Positions 33,805 to 45,715 of a stretch of DNA of 64,000 nucleotides are shown here, in pieces; position 1 is the first letter of the stretch; every line of letters begins with the position of its first letter. The position numbers were made by a program, and so were the translations under genes. The notes under the pieces were generated by a model. The model ran no database searches. It was not told where the DNA came from and worked only from the letters and a program-made list of their open reading frames with translations. The stretch is from Macrostomum lignano (Eukaryota): contig NIVC01000114.1 of assembly GCA_002269645.1 (NCBI GenBank), forward strand, positions 682,001-746,000. Direction: 5' to 3'.

Positions 33805-36800
33805 TCAGAAAAACACTTCTTGCGGAACGGGCGCCACACCGTCATATCTCAGGTGTCCAACACGAACTCCTGTGGGCCCGTCCAGATCTAAGGTGGCCCA
33901 GTATGATTTACTTATCAGCTTCTCGGCTGCCAGTTTCTTGTGCCTCACGACAATAAAAATACCTGTTCATTACAAGAAATACAGGTGGCATGACGAAAAA
34001 TTAAAAAAGCGAAAGCGAACTTCGACTTACCAACAAACGCAGCGATGGCAGCAACTGCTGCGGCGCAACTACCAGCGATTAATGCCAGAGAAGCATTATT
34101 GCCTATCTCCTGCTTTGTTTGCTTTGCAGAATCTGCTTTGTTGCATTTGGCACCGTGCCAGCCAGCTGAGCACTGGCATCTGCAAACATGGTGCGTGCGA
34201 TTATACAGTTACTAAAATATACACTGGAAGATGGATAAATTACCTACTACATGCATAAAAAAACTTACTTGTAACTGTTAAAAAATGTATTCGTGCATGT
34301 TGCCCCATTCATGCATGGAGAGTCATACTCGCATACGCTCTCGTGGACAATGCCAGTGACAACACCAACAGATTCGGTGGCAATGATAGCATGAGGCCAA
34401 TCATCCAGAGAAAGGTTTCTACTTGAATCTAGAACCAACGGCCAAAGAGAGTTAACTCGAGGAGCTGAAATTAATCCACGGAATGCAGTGATATTTGCAA
34501 GGCTTGACAGTAGCAGACCAACAGATCTCCTTGATCTGCCCCGGCGGCTCGACAATGGATCTGGAGCTGCCCGAAGACCGCTGAAGCCGCCGATGATGAG
34601 CTGGCCTGACAGCTGCGGTAGCGGACTCGCACTGCTTAGCGATGCCGACCTGACTGAAGATGACACTGACAGCGACAGCGAGCGACCCGATATCGACACG
34701 GAGATCTTCACGGAGACGAAGCTGCCGGTGGCCACCGAGTCTGAGGACGTCAGCGCTGCTATAAGGGAGCCGTTGCCGTGCAGTAACTGAGCGGACAGAC
34801 GGCCGGAGTGATCGATCTGAAAAATTCAAGTAAAACCAAACATAAAAATATCTTGAAACCTACAAAGGAGTACCATTACGCTCTTAAGAACACTGACCGT
34901 AGCCAGCAGTCTCAGAGTGGTCGCCGAGTCGCTCGGGTCGCCCAGCAGCAGCAGAAACGCTCCTCGAGACAAAGTCATCAGCCTCAGCTCAATCGTCCAC
35001 GAGTCTCCGCCGTACACACTTGACACACCTGCTGCAGACGCGAAGATCGCTGATGACACGTTGCCGCCCACACCCAGTGAGAACGATGGAAGCTCAACGG
35101 AGCAGTTTCGACCTCCGAAGTCCTCAGCGCAGTGGCACACAAAGTCATTCCACACATCTGAGCACATCGAGCTCGTCTTTGCTTCACAAGGCGATGGGCT
35201 GCCGCACTGCACCGACCGACTGCAGACTCCCCAGGTCGCGTTGCTCGACTCCGCCGTAGTCTCCGAGGCGACCAATGTCGAGTCATTCGTCACGAGCCGC
35301 AGGTCTCTCACGCAGCCGCGGAACCCGCCGCCGTCGATGCCGGATCCGCTCTCGCCGCCGACACGAACCGACATTCGACTGTTCGGCTTGAATGAGTCCG
35401 ACAGTCCGTCGACCAGCTGTGCTCCAGGCAGCTGACTCACTCCTGACTCACTGCGACTCAATTTCGCACTGCCATTGGTCAGCGAGACCGACAGCGTCAG
35501 CCAATCAGTAGAGGCCAAGCTGTCACTGATTGGCCAAGCGGCTCGACCAATCACAGACGATGAGGCATTGAAGAACAACAGCACGAGACTGGAGTCGTGA
35601 GCGCCGACTCGGATGTCTCCCCAGTGAGACGAGAGCCGGACCAGATCGAAGTGGGCGAGACTCGTGCGGAACGACAGCTCGAAGGTGCAGTCAGTTGTTG
35701 TGTTAAAATTGGCGCTGAAACTGGACGTCCCGTTGAATGACGCCAGAGTGGTCTCGTTGCACTGCGGTCCAGACCAGCCAGGCTTGCAGGTGCAGCGATA
35801 GCCGTGAGCAGGTGACGGCAGCTCGCGAAGAAGCAGCGGCTCGCAAGTAGCATTGTTCTGGCACGGGCTGGAGTCGCAGCCAGTCAGTCTGACGCTGCAG
35901 TTTTTGCCTCCGAAGTCAGCGGGGCAGCCGGTGCAGGCATAATCCGCTACCAGGTCCTTACAGACGGCTCCGTTCTGACACGGCTGTCCGAAGCGCTCGC
36001 ACTCGTTGATGTCGACTGAGCAGGTCGGGCCCTCGTAGCCGGGCAGGCAGTGGCAGGTGAATGAGGCCAGGCCATCCGTGCAGTTTGACGCGTGAGCGCA
36101 CACGCTGCGGTTGGTGGCCGGGTCCAGACAGTCGTTAGGGTTGATGGAGCAGGTGTCTCCGTAGGTACCTGTTGCAGTTAAATGAAAATTAATTTAGGTT
36201 GGAATTAATTTAGGATGTACCGGATCTCCTCACCATTTTGGCAGAGACAGACGAAACCGGCAGCCAGCGCGTAGCGGAAGCTGCCGTTGAACGGTGCCGG
36301 CAGCGGTGAGTTTCCATACAGAGCCTGGTTGCTGCGCTCCAGACAGGCGCCACCGAACTTGCACGGATTCGGCGAGCAGTCCGGCACGTCATCGGAGCAG
36401 GTCTTTCCCGAGTAGCCGCTGAAGCAGCTGCAGCTGAAGTCTCTGAGCCCGTCAGTGCAGGTGGCGTTGTGGCTGCACGGGTTGCTGGCGCAGTCGTCAA
36501 TGCGGCTCTGGCAGTTCGGTCCGTAGAAGTCGGTGGCAGAGCAGTTGCAGGTGAACCTGAATCGAAAAATTGAGGTAAGGTAGCACGCTTTAAAATGCAC
36601 AAAAATGGAAATAACAGCATAGATTATTTTTTAACTTCTTCCAACTTTCTTCCTATTTCTTATATAGGTAAAACCAAAAGACACTTGTACACTAGTTTAA
36701 AAGAACGTTGGTTAAAAAATTCGGCTATCCAGGACCACCAGCTCTGCTGCAACAGCTGTTGTAATAGTGAGCAAACTCGGCAGTTCAGAATTATTGATTT

Positions 36801-39800
36801 CAGGCGAAATATACTCAAATCTATATGTAAAAAAAACTGGAAACCAAATCTGAATGTTCAATTTTTTAACAACAGTGCGGACCACTTGCTCAAGGTATTC
36901 TAAGTGAAGGCAGAAACCCGATCAACGTACTCGCAATCTTCATTCTCACTTATTTGAACATTCTGCCCCTGATATGCCATTGGACTGTACAGTAAGCACT
37001 TGTTCTCTACTTATTTACTATAAAAGTTGTCGAGTGCGTTAAATACATCACAAACCCCTGAAGATGGCTCATGTCGGACCGAAACGCGTTGGAAAAAAGT
37101 TAATCTACGTTGATATTTACTTTTATTTTCCTGAAAATAAAACGTTTATTTCATTCCGGTACATTTTTGGCTTTTGTTTTTTAATTAAGTTTTTGTTAAT
37201 GATATTGATTTTTTAACAAATACCTGCTTTCCAGTGTCATACTGAAATGTGTAACTTAAAGCGAAAAGTTTTAGTTCTGATAGCTAATCCCGTTAGAAAG
37301 TCTGGCAATAATTGGGTCGAATCAATTTACGATCGTGCTATCTTCTGAATAGGTTGATCTCAAATCACCCGACTCACTGATCTTAAGTATTTGAGAAACT
37401 GTTTGAACTATAATTGTAGGTTAATGGTACTCTAAACATTCAACAGTTTCTTGGGAAAGTTAGATTGAACATTTTTCGATATACATATAGGTGTGTGTTG
37501 ATCTTTTATTATTCTAACGTCAATGTGTTAGTAGGTGGGTGTTGGTCAAAATAAATAAATCGGAAAAAAGATTATCGAAGAGCGGTTACTAAAAAACTCT
37601 GCTGATTCCTGAGTAATTATTATTTGAAATCTAACTTCATGTTTCAAACCAACCGATTTTTTTATAAACCTATAGTAAATACAAAACAGCAACTAAAAAC
37701 CCAACCACAACCTACCTTTAAGCACCCTACCAATATCCAAACCCAACCACTCAACCGGAGACACCCAACAACAACTCAGCACCAAGCACCCAATACCAAG
37801 AACCCAATTAGTCCGAGAAACGGAAAAACAAGAGCTTTCTGGAACTCTGCAGATAACTACAGCACTATTCAGAACTGCAAGATTATCCCAAGGAAATAAA
37901 AACTCAATCAGCTTTGAGCCACTCACGTGGAGTTTCCGTCGCTGCAGACGCCGCCGTTCTGACAGGGCCCTGACAGGCAGTAGTCAGTGTCCACTGAGCA
38001 GCTCCTGCCCTCCCAGCCTGTGAAGCAGCTGCAGCTGTAGTTTTTCACCAGGTCCGTGCACAGGCCGTTGGCGCAGGGCTTGCTGGCGCAGTCATCAATG
38101 TTGATTTGGCACCTGTCACCTGCGAATCCCGTGTCTGTGCAGTCGCAGGTGAATCTGAAATTTAAGCAGAAAACTCGGCACTCCAGTACGGCTGCTCAGA
38201 GTGTTTCCATCGGCAGTTATCGGTGTTAAATTTTTCTAACCATACAAACGACGGTTATAAAACTCAGAGTAAGGTTTTACATGGTTTCGGAGTCGTAATT
38301 AAACTGCATATATTAGTTTAAGTAGCCACTACAGAAGCAAAATTTAGAATCGAAACAGGAAAGTACCTATCTCGATACTTTACTAACAAAAATTGAAAAA
38401 CTTAACCACAGGGACATCAGGGTGGTAACCATTGCCCTCTCATACCCATACTGTTTTGCCAGACATCGCTACCTCCAGGTAAAAATCGCCAGTGAGGAAA
38501 GCCCTTTATGCCTCTCCGGTGTTGAGAATGCGGAGCACTTCATCTGTGAATGCCCGCCTTACTAAAGACAGGCTCACCTACCTCGGCCCCAATCAGGATC
38601 TTTCTGACATTTTCTGGCCTGAGAATCTCTGCCAGTTTGCCCAATACCTTAAAAGGGCTCATCCTACATACACCGGCACTACAGGATCTCCCTGCGCGGC
38701 GCCGCAGCACCAGCTGCCCGTGGTCTCCAGAGGTTAGCGGAATGGGCGTCGACGCCTCTCCGCTGCATCCGCGAATGCCCAGAGCCCCCTGCAGCTGAGT
38801 CAAGTCAAGAAAGAGAACTCACGTGCCGTTGCCATCAATGCACCTGCCGCCATTGAGGCAGGCGCCCGTTGGACAGTCGTTGTGGTTGATGTTGCAGTTC
38901 CTGCCCTCCCAGCCTGTGAAGCAGCTGCAGCTGTAGTCATTCACCAAGTCTGAGCACAGGCCGTTGATGCAGGGGCTGCCCCCGCAGTCATCAATGTTCG
39001 TCTCACACCTGGAACCGCTGAATCCCGTGCCTGAGCAGCTGCAGGTGTATCTGAAAGGGAATTTGAAGCGTTTTGTAACACTTTTTATTTTCTTTAATTT
39101 TTTTTTTCTGCAGGATATATGCGTATCCTTACTAATGACATTTCGTAATAAACTTTATTGCACTAAATTTAATTTTGTGTCAGCAATATCATATACTCGT
39201 ATTAAATCGAACTTACCTAATTTCGCATACCATAAATCATTGATTTAATTATGCTTTTACTTAAATCTCAAGTATTTTGCATCTTGACTAATTGAGAAAA
39301 AACTCACTTTTCGTTGCTTATAAAGTAGCCTACCTCCATGGCTACAGCTTATGACAAAGAAACCTGAATCTCAATCTAGATGCGCATTCTACGCAATGCA
39401 ATGAATTCAATGGTGAAAATTTCCCAATCTGAGGTTTTTCACATGCCAAAACGCATCAGCAGCCGGCCAACAGATCAGAGCACTCACGTGGAGTTTCCGT
39501 CACTGCAGACGCCGCCGTTCTGACAGGGTCCTGACAGGCAGTAGTCAGTGTCCACTGAGCAGTTCCTGCCCTCCCAGCCTGTGAAGCAGCTGCAGCTGTA
39601 GTTTTTCAGCAGGTCCGTGCACAGGCCGTTGATGCAGGGCTTGCTGGGGCAGGCATTATCTATATTAAACTCACAGCGAGTGCCTAAATTAAATTATAAT
39701 TAAAATGCATTGATTTGGGCATATATATATTTGGGCTTAAATTTCCCGATAAGTCTTGACATCTCAGATTTCAGCATTTGTCATTCAGCATTGACATGTC

Positions 39801-40097
39801 AGCAATTTTCTAACTTGACATCTCAGTAATTTTCTCAAGGAGCCACAAAATTGCCGCAATACCCCCATGAGCTTTTATATCTCAACGATTCCTCGCAGGT
39901 GCGGGGATCTCAAATATTTCTACTGTCAATCACCTTTGAACAAAAGACTCACCTTTGTATTCAGGGCTGCAAACACATACGGGGTCACCCTGCTGTTTTT
40001 CACATGTGCCACCATTTTTGCATTTCAAATTGCATTTTCCTCCTCCGGAAATGACTAGCGGATGCAGGGCGATCGCCAGCAGAAGCGTTGCAAAGCA
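33805..40097 (-). CDS. Crumbs-like paralog D: signal peptide, many EGF, 2 LamG, TM, QEVFF tail
   Basis: Exons: 40097-39953 (CFATLLLAIALHPLVISG + EGF; start-codon exon not securely found), 39683-39488, 39050-38823, 38154-37927, 36556-36234, 36168-34898, 34816-34269, 34179-34031 (TM ALIAGSCAAAVAAIAAFVG), 33962-33805 ([51 protein letters not shown]). AATAAA follows just after the stop (33792-33797). Confidence 0.85.
36650..37100 (+). mobile_element. Penelope-like element fragment (GIY-YIG endonuclease end plus pLTR-like tail) in an intron of gene D
   Basis: SYIGKTKRHLYTSLKE...SAIQDH...FRII...KPNLNVQ matches the YIGxT.R.L..R..EH / SA...H / P.LN pattern of PLE GIY-YIG domains. A hammerhead-type motif follows. 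Confidence 0.7.
37055..37092 (+). ncRNA. Minimal hammerhead ribozyme-like motif (Penelope-associated)
   Basis: CCC-CTGAAGA-TGGCTCATGTCGGACC-GAAA-CGCG-TT-GG: catalytic boxes CUGANGA and GAAA, imperfect stem II, palindromic CGCG stem/loop III, very short stem I. Confidence 0.5.
38473..38812 (+). mobile_element. 3' end of an I/LOA-group LINE in an intron of gene D
   Basis: Encodes [16 protein letters not shown]...DRLTYLGPNQDLSDIF (CCHC-type knuckle) and ends in TGAGTCAAGTCAAGA. It occupies the same intronic position as the 21565 copy in gene E. Confidence 0.7.
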
Positions 40098-40460
40098 CTG
40101 TAAGTGGGTTGTAGAAGTCAGAAGAAACGGTTTACTCGAATCTAGCTACTCGTGGAACCTACAACTAGCCAGCTAAAATCACCTACGTATAGTGAGTTTT
40201 AAACATGGACAATACATTTAAATTATTATATATTTTACAGCACGTTGTTCTTTACATTTTTAAGAATTCTGTAAGCACGTGTAAATAAATAGATGAATAT
40301 ATAAATAGATTGGTGGAACTTAGTGGCCAGTAACTAAGTATTCTGACGGTATTAAGTGGTTATAAGTTACTAGAAGATGCATTAGCTAAGTGAGGAGGAA
40401 TCAGTGGTGCACGAAGAATTATTGATGGAAGGGAGGAGCCTGAAAGATGCGTTTGTGATC

Positions 40461-41320
40461 GCCTCTGTCTCTTGGTGGGCGCCCCTGTCTCTTGATAGGC
40501 GCTCCTGTCTCTTGATAGGCGCTCCTATCTCTTGATGGGCGCCCCTGTCTCTTGGTGGCCGCCCCTGTCTCTTGGTGGCCGCCCCTGTCTCATGATGGGC
40601 GCCCCTGTCTCTTGGTGGCCGCTCCTGTCTCTTGGTGGCCGCCCCTGTCTCATGATGGGCGCCCCTGTCTCTTGGTGGCCGCCCCTGTCTCATGATGGGC
40701 GCCCCTGTCTCTTGGTGGCCGCTCCTGTCTCTTGGTGGCCGCCCCTGTCTCATGATGGGCGCCCCTGTCTCTTGGTGGCCGCCCCTGTCTCATGATGGGC
40801 GCCCCTGTCTCTTGGTGGCCGCTCCTGTCTCTTGGTGGCCGCCCCTGTCTCATGATGGGCGCCCCTGTCTCTTGGTGGCCGCCCCTGTCTCATGATGGGC
40901 GCCCCTGTCTCTTGGTTGCCGCCCCTGTCTCTTGGTGGCCGCCCCTGTCTCATGATGGGCGCCCCTGTCTCTTGGTGGCCGCCCCTGTCTCTTGGTGGCC
41001 GCCCCTGTCTCATGATGGGCGCCCCTGTCTCTTGGTGGCCGCCCCTGTCTCTTGGTGGCCGCCCCTGTCTCTTGATGGGCGCCCCTGTCTCTTGGTGGGC
41101 GCTCCTGTCTCTTGATGGGCGCTCCTATCTCTTGGTGGCCGCCCCTGTCTCTTGATGGGCGCCCCTGTCTCTTGATAGGCGCTCCTGTCTCTTGATGGGC
41201 GCTCCTATCTCTTGGTGGGCGCCCCTGTCTCTTGGTGGCCGCCCCTGTCTCTTGATGGGCGCTCCTGTCTCTTGGTGGGCGCCCCTGTCTCTTGATGGGC
41301 GCCCCTGTCTCTTGGTGGCT
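40461..41320. repeat. 20-bp minisatellite (GCCCCTGTCTCTTGGTGGCC / GCCCCTGTCTCATGATGGGC)n
   Basis: Strict 20-nt period with interspersed variants. Confidence 0.95.
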
Positions 41321-41922
41321 GGTGCCCTTTAGCCTTGTCTGCTAGTCTATCAAAAAAGCAAAATATATTTCGATTTAAGTAAATACCTTATTCATGTCCT
41401 TCGCGCTTTAAAGTAAATCTTGATTAGTGAAGGGGAGGCAAAGACAAGACAAACCGAGTGTGGCGATGGCGAGGCAGCGAAAAGCCAGAGGATGCAACCC
41501 TCAGACGATCGTATTTATTTCATGACTTGTTAAAACGAATTAAACTGATTAAAAATTATAATTAGCGAGGAAAAAAAAATTCAACCGCGAGCAACCCCGC
41601 GCAGCCACAAAGGTGGCGGCCTAAATAGGCACGCGCACGCACCAACGCACCCACCACCCCACCAGACAGCCAGCACCCAAACAGCCCCCCTTGCACTAAC
41701 AGCGGTTAGCCCTCGCGGGCTCGCGCAAACCGATGCATTAGTGAAGGGGAGGCAAAGACAAGACAAACCGAGTGTGGCGATGGCGAGGCAGCGAAAAGCC
41801 AGAGGATGCAACCCCAAGGCCAAACAAACAAATGAATGAACGAAGGAGAGAATTTACGAAACGGCGGAAATAAGGCTGGGGATAAGAACGGAAATAAAAC
41901 TTTGAACACAAGCAAAAGTTAC

Positions 41923-42966
41923 TCAAAGGCAACTCTCGTTAAAAGCACCAGCAAAACGCGAACCAGCCCGCACAGAATCAGCAGATGGAAGGTAGGCAGT
42001 CACAGCATCACTTCGCCAGTCACCGATGCACTTCACCTCCTGAACAGATAGTCCGAGACGGTAGGCCCAGGTGGCACCACCTCTGCGCAGGCTGTGCGCT
42101 GAGAAAGAACGAGCGTCCTGCTCAGCAGTTGCTAGGCAGCGCTTGAGGAACCTGTCGAATCTTGAGGCAGACAGGACAACAGAGGATCCGCTCGCCAACT
42201 GGTAGGAGAACACAGGCTGCCTGCAGCCAAGCTTGCTGACACGGAGGTGACCCTCTAGCGCAGCCACTGGGCAAAGCGGATGTCCTTCTTTTAGCCTTGG
42301 AAGCAACACCCGGTGCAGCTTCGCGCCGAACTGATTCGTCTTGCCATAACTGACAGAGAGCACAACCCCCTTCGGGTGGCGTTGAAAGGCTGAGACGGAA
42401 ATCGGTGAAGCGGACTGCTGACTGGGCAGGAGACTGGAGCGCCGAAACATCCCCCACCAAGCAATAAGCGTCACAAGCCAGCAGACTCTGTCAAGCGAAC
42501 TGCTCGAGTTAAGCCGGTTTTTCACAGACAGCAGCATCGCAGGCGAGATCGGCAGCTTCCGTCTTGGTCGCTGGCCCATCCTCCGTTTAGCGCCGCGAAC
42601 GAGCAGTGAGACCAGGTGGTGTTTTGTTAGGTCCTCAGCACCACAGGCTTTGAACCAGCTGGACAGTGCACTGACATGGACACGCAGACTGTTGAACGAT
42701 CTCAGGCGGCATTCGACCAGGTGAGCCAGGTAGTTGAGTAGCACCGACCGGTCGGATCGAGCCGGGTTGGTCCCGTTCTCGTTGCAGAAGCTGTGCCAGG
42801 ACCGGACGGCCGATGAGATCGCCCTGCGTGACTGCGGTGCGTATGCTGCGGCGAGGAGGCTGGAGGCGGCGGCGCCGAGGGTCGGCGTTGCAGGGAGGCG
42901 GCCTGTGAAAATAAAAAACGGGAGGCAAAAACAGAAAACGCGTGATCCGAAAACTCCACAGGGCAA
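41923..42966 (-). CDS. Tyrosine recombinase of the Ngaro element
   Basis: Catalytic residues in order: GMFRRSSL (R), GKTNQ (K), SAHSLRRGGAT (HxxR), GDWRSDAVTAY (W...Y). The true start is uncertain and the ORF overlaps the RT/RH ORF. Confidence 0.9.
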   Translation of the reverse strand: MPCGVFGSRVFCFCLPFFIFTGRLPATPTLGAAASSLLAAAYAPQSRRAISSAVRSWHSFCNENGTNPARSDRSVLLNYLAHLVECRLRSFNSLRVHVSALSSWFKACGAEDLTKHHLVSLLVRGAKRRMGQRPRRKLPISPAMLLSVKNRLNSSSSLDRVCWLVTLIAWWGMFRRSSLLPSQQSASPISVSAFQRHPKGVVLSVSYGKTNQFGAKLHRVLLPRLKEGHPLCPVAALEGHLRVSKLGCRQPVFSYQLASGSSVVLSASRFDRFLKRCLATAEQDARSFSAHSLRRGGATWAYRLGLSVQEVKCIGDWRSDAVTAYLPSADSVRAGSRFAGAFNESCL

Positions 42967-44615
42967 ACTGGTACAGACCCGTAAACACGGAAAATAAAAT
43001 TAAGCAACTCATGACGCGAGTGCAGGCGGGACCCTGCATCAGCAAACAGCTGATAAGCACCAGGAACGTGAAAGACCTCAAATTCAACGTCAAAACGCAG
43101 ACAGAGCAACGCCACAGACTGCAGCAACCACATCAGACGCGAGTCCTTGGAGACACCTCGCCTTAGAATCCAACACGCCGTCTCATTGTCGCAGTACACA
43201 GCAAGCCGACAACCAGCCAAGGATTGGCCCCATCTCAAAACAGCCAGCAATATAACCACAGCCTCCTTGTAATTGATGCAGTAATTCTGAAAAACACCAT
43301 TTGCGTCGATCTGCCAGTCAATAAAGCACCAATCACGAATCCCATCACCGTCACGGAGCACCGCCGCGGCGCCTGAAGACGACGAGTCAGTCTCTATGGC
43401 AACACAAGCCCTCGGCGAAGTCCACAGGCCAACACCGATGCGATGCTGCAAAGCCAACCGCCACCAGGAGAGGTGGTGCACCACGGAGGGACTAACAAGA
43501 ACCCTGTCATGAGGCCGATGCAGCTTGTTAACAATGTCGATAAGAGGTCGGAGGAAAGCTCTCCCGTGCCGAACAACTTGCGACGCCCAGTTTAACTTGC
43601 CGATCAACTTCTGCAAACACGACTTTGACAGCCTTTTCTTCGAAGAGCAGAGGGATAAAACATGCAACAAGTCTTGGACTTTTTCGGCAGGAAGAGACAT
43701 CTGGCCTGCCACGCTATCAAATAAAATGCCCAGAAAGGTCATCCGCGTTGTCGGCGGAACACACTTGCTACGGTTAACGGTGAAGCCTAGCCGCTCGAGC
43801 AGATCGATGAGATGGTTGTAGAACTTCCAGCAGGACTCCAGATCTCCACAAAAGGCGAAGTCATCCATGTAGGCCTCCATAGCGTAGAAACCATGCTTCA
43901 ACATCATAAAACGCACAGCTTGGCTCAGCTCGTAAAAGCAGAAGACGGAAGCCGAAGCACCAAACGGGAGCCGCGTGTCGTACAGGTACACTGGCTGGCC
44001 CTCGCCTTGGAGCTGAATCTTCATGCCTGTGACCCGGTGGTCATCAGGGTGCACACCACATGAACGATATGCTTGCGACAGATCCACTTTGCACATGTAC
44101 GCGCCGCTGTACAGCTTCGAGGCAAAGTTGCTGGCCGAAGTAAAACGCAACTTCCGTTTCGACTCAAAGAAATCATTCACAGAGGCGCCAGTTGGCAGGC
44201 TGCAGTCGTGAATAAGGCGGATGGAAGACGAATCCGCCTTAGGGATCGCACCAAGGGCACTAACGATGAGCGGCCGGTTGCCTGCCTGGCAGCGCCTGTA
44301 GCGGTCCTGCTTGAGCTCCTGGCGCATCTGGGCCTCAACAGCTTGCTGGTGAATGGTAGCTGATCTGTGATTTGCCATCTCAGTGTGGTTCTTACAATCC
44401 ATCACTTTATTAGTAATTCGAAAGCCATTCTTCACACCATCGAGCACGAACCTGACACGGTCCTCCGGCATCTCGGTCCCAGCCAGCTCTTCCCGCCAAA
44501 CCGCAAACACAAGGTCGCTCGACAACTCAGTTGAACTCGGGTCACATAGGGGGAGCTCCCCCGTGGGGGCACAGGAGGGCGACCCGACGGCAGACATTGA
44601 GTCCTGTGCCCCCAC
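42702..44615 (-). CDS. Reverse transcriptase - RNase H of the Ngaro element
   Basis: RLIHDCS, KVDLSQAY, RLPFGAS, YMDDF and FLGILFDS (RT); IETDSS, INYKEA, YCDN and HVPGAYQLFADAGSR (RNase H). Confidence 0.93.
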   Translation of the reverse strand: MGAQDSMSAVGSPSCAPTGELPLCDPSSTELSSDLVFAVWREELAGTEMPEDRVRFVLDGVKNGFRITNKVMDCKNHTEMANHRSATIHQQAVEAQMRQELKQDRYRRCQAGNRPLIVSALGAIPKADSSSIRLIHDCSLPTGASVNDFFESKRKLRFTSASNFASKLYSGAYMCKVDLSQAYRSCGVHPDDHRVTGMKIQLQGEGQPVYLYDTRLPFGASASVFCFYELSQAVRFMMLKHGFYAMEAYMDDFAFCGDLESCWKFYNHLIDLLERLGFTVNRSKCVPPTTRMTFLGILFDSVAGQMSLPAEKVQDLLHVLSLCSSKKRLSKSCLQKLIGKLNWASQVVRHGRAFLRPLIDIVNKLHRPHDRVLVSPSVVHHLSWWRLALQHRIGVGLWTSPRACVAIETDSSSSGAAAVLRDGDGIRDWCFIDWQIDANGVFQNYCINYKEAVVILLAVLRWGQSLAGCRLAVYCDNETACWILRRGVSKDSRLMWLLQSVALLCLRFDVEFEVFHVPGAYQLFADAGSRLHSRHELLNFIFRVYGSVPVCPVEFSDHAFSVFASRFLFSQAASLQRRPSAPPPPASSPQHTHRSHAGRSHRPSGPGTASATRTGPTRLDPTGRCYSTTWLTWSNAA

Positions 44616-44623
44616 CTCGCACG

Positions 44624-45715
44624 CTAGTTTTTTGAAAATTGGCCCGGGTCCCCATCAGCGTGGGCTCGGGCTTCAGAGTGCGGCTGTGAGCACCTGCGGC
44701 ACTGATGGGCGAAGCGGCAGTGAGTTCTGTTGCAGCCGCTAAGACTGTTGAAGTCGAAACAGACAGGTGGCTGCGTTCGCTTTTTAGGCGCTGTTGCGTT
44801 TATCATTTTTGTTGGTGCCATCAAGTGTGTTGCCACCAGACCCAGGTCTGCGCTAACAGCGCTCCACCGCGTTCCATCATGCTGGAGAAGCCGACATTCG
44901 TCATCATATCTCATGACTTTAGTGCGATCGAAGCCTAAATCTAGCAGGTCACCAATTCTAGCGTTATGTCGGAGATGATCGATCAACTCGGATGAATCGA
45001 TTCTGCCATCAACAATGCGCAGCAGTTTGCCATCACGCAGCATTTGCACCAGTAAGTTACAGCTACCGGAGATGAAATCGCCAAACGACAGTGACTCGGG
45101 ACTGACGTGTCTCAACCTCTCTGGCTTTGCCGCTCCCACAACAGACTGGCTTCCTTGTCTCCGCTTACGCTCACTGATAAAATCAACGACTCTGTACACC
45201 GCCGGCGCCTGAGCATGCGAAGTTGCAGCCCCAGCCTGCCCGAGTATACACTCGCCAACCAAATCATGCCACTCACCGGGAGTCTGATCACGTTCTCTCG
45301 CAGCCGCCGTGCCACTGTGACGCGCTTCAGCGAGCTCGGCTTCGAGCTGAGCCTCTCTTTTTTTCAGGTCCAGCAGCCGAATGCGCAGTTCAGTCTCTCG
45401 CAGCTGATCCTCGAGACCGCCTCCCGTCGCCGCCCGACCCTCGGCCGAGGCGCCCACCGCCGGTAGCATCTCGTCCTCAGGTGGAGCCAGACTTAGCTCG
45501 GGTGCGCCCGCATTCGTCGGTGATGTCTTGTCATCTTGAGCACGACGAGATGAGCCTCTGTCCTGCTCCAACGCCTGCCGCTCAAGCTCCTTGGCAATGC
45601 TGAGTTTTAGACGACTTGTTAGCTCTTGCTTATTGCCATTAGTAGACAGGCCGCGCTCACTAAGGGCTTCTCGTAGCGCTTTGTTAGTTGCGGGCAGTAC
45701 AAGGCTATCTGCCAT
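44624..45715 (-). CDS. Gag-like ORF1 of the Ngaro element, with an N-terminal SAP-like motif and a C-terminal CCCH-type zinc finger
   Basis: LREALSERGLSTNGNKQELTSRL (SAP pattern), a coiled-coil segment, and CFDFNSLSGCNRTHCRFAHQCRRCSQPH. Confidence 0.85.
   Translation of the reverse strand: MADSLVLPATNKALREALSERGLSTNGNKQELTSRLKLSIAKELERQALEQDRGSSRRAQDDKTSPTNAGAPELSLAPPEDEMLPAVGASAEGRAATGGGLEDQLRETELRIRLLDLKKREAQLEAELAEARHSGTAAARERDQTPGEWHDLVGECILGQAGAATSHAQAPAVYRVVDFISERKRRQGSQSVVGAAKPERLRHVSPESLSFGDFISGSCNLLVQMLRDGKLLRIVDGRIDSSELIDHLRHNARIGDLLDLGFDRTKVMRYDDECRLLQHDGTRWSAVSADLGLVATHLMAPTKMINATAPKKRTQPPVCFDFNSLSGCNRTHCRFAHQCRRCSQPHSEARAHADGDPGQFSKN

Noticed and set aside
40382-41155. (RQGRPPRD)n and (GAPVSWW)n ORFs
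   Set aside because: Products of the 20-bp tandem array.
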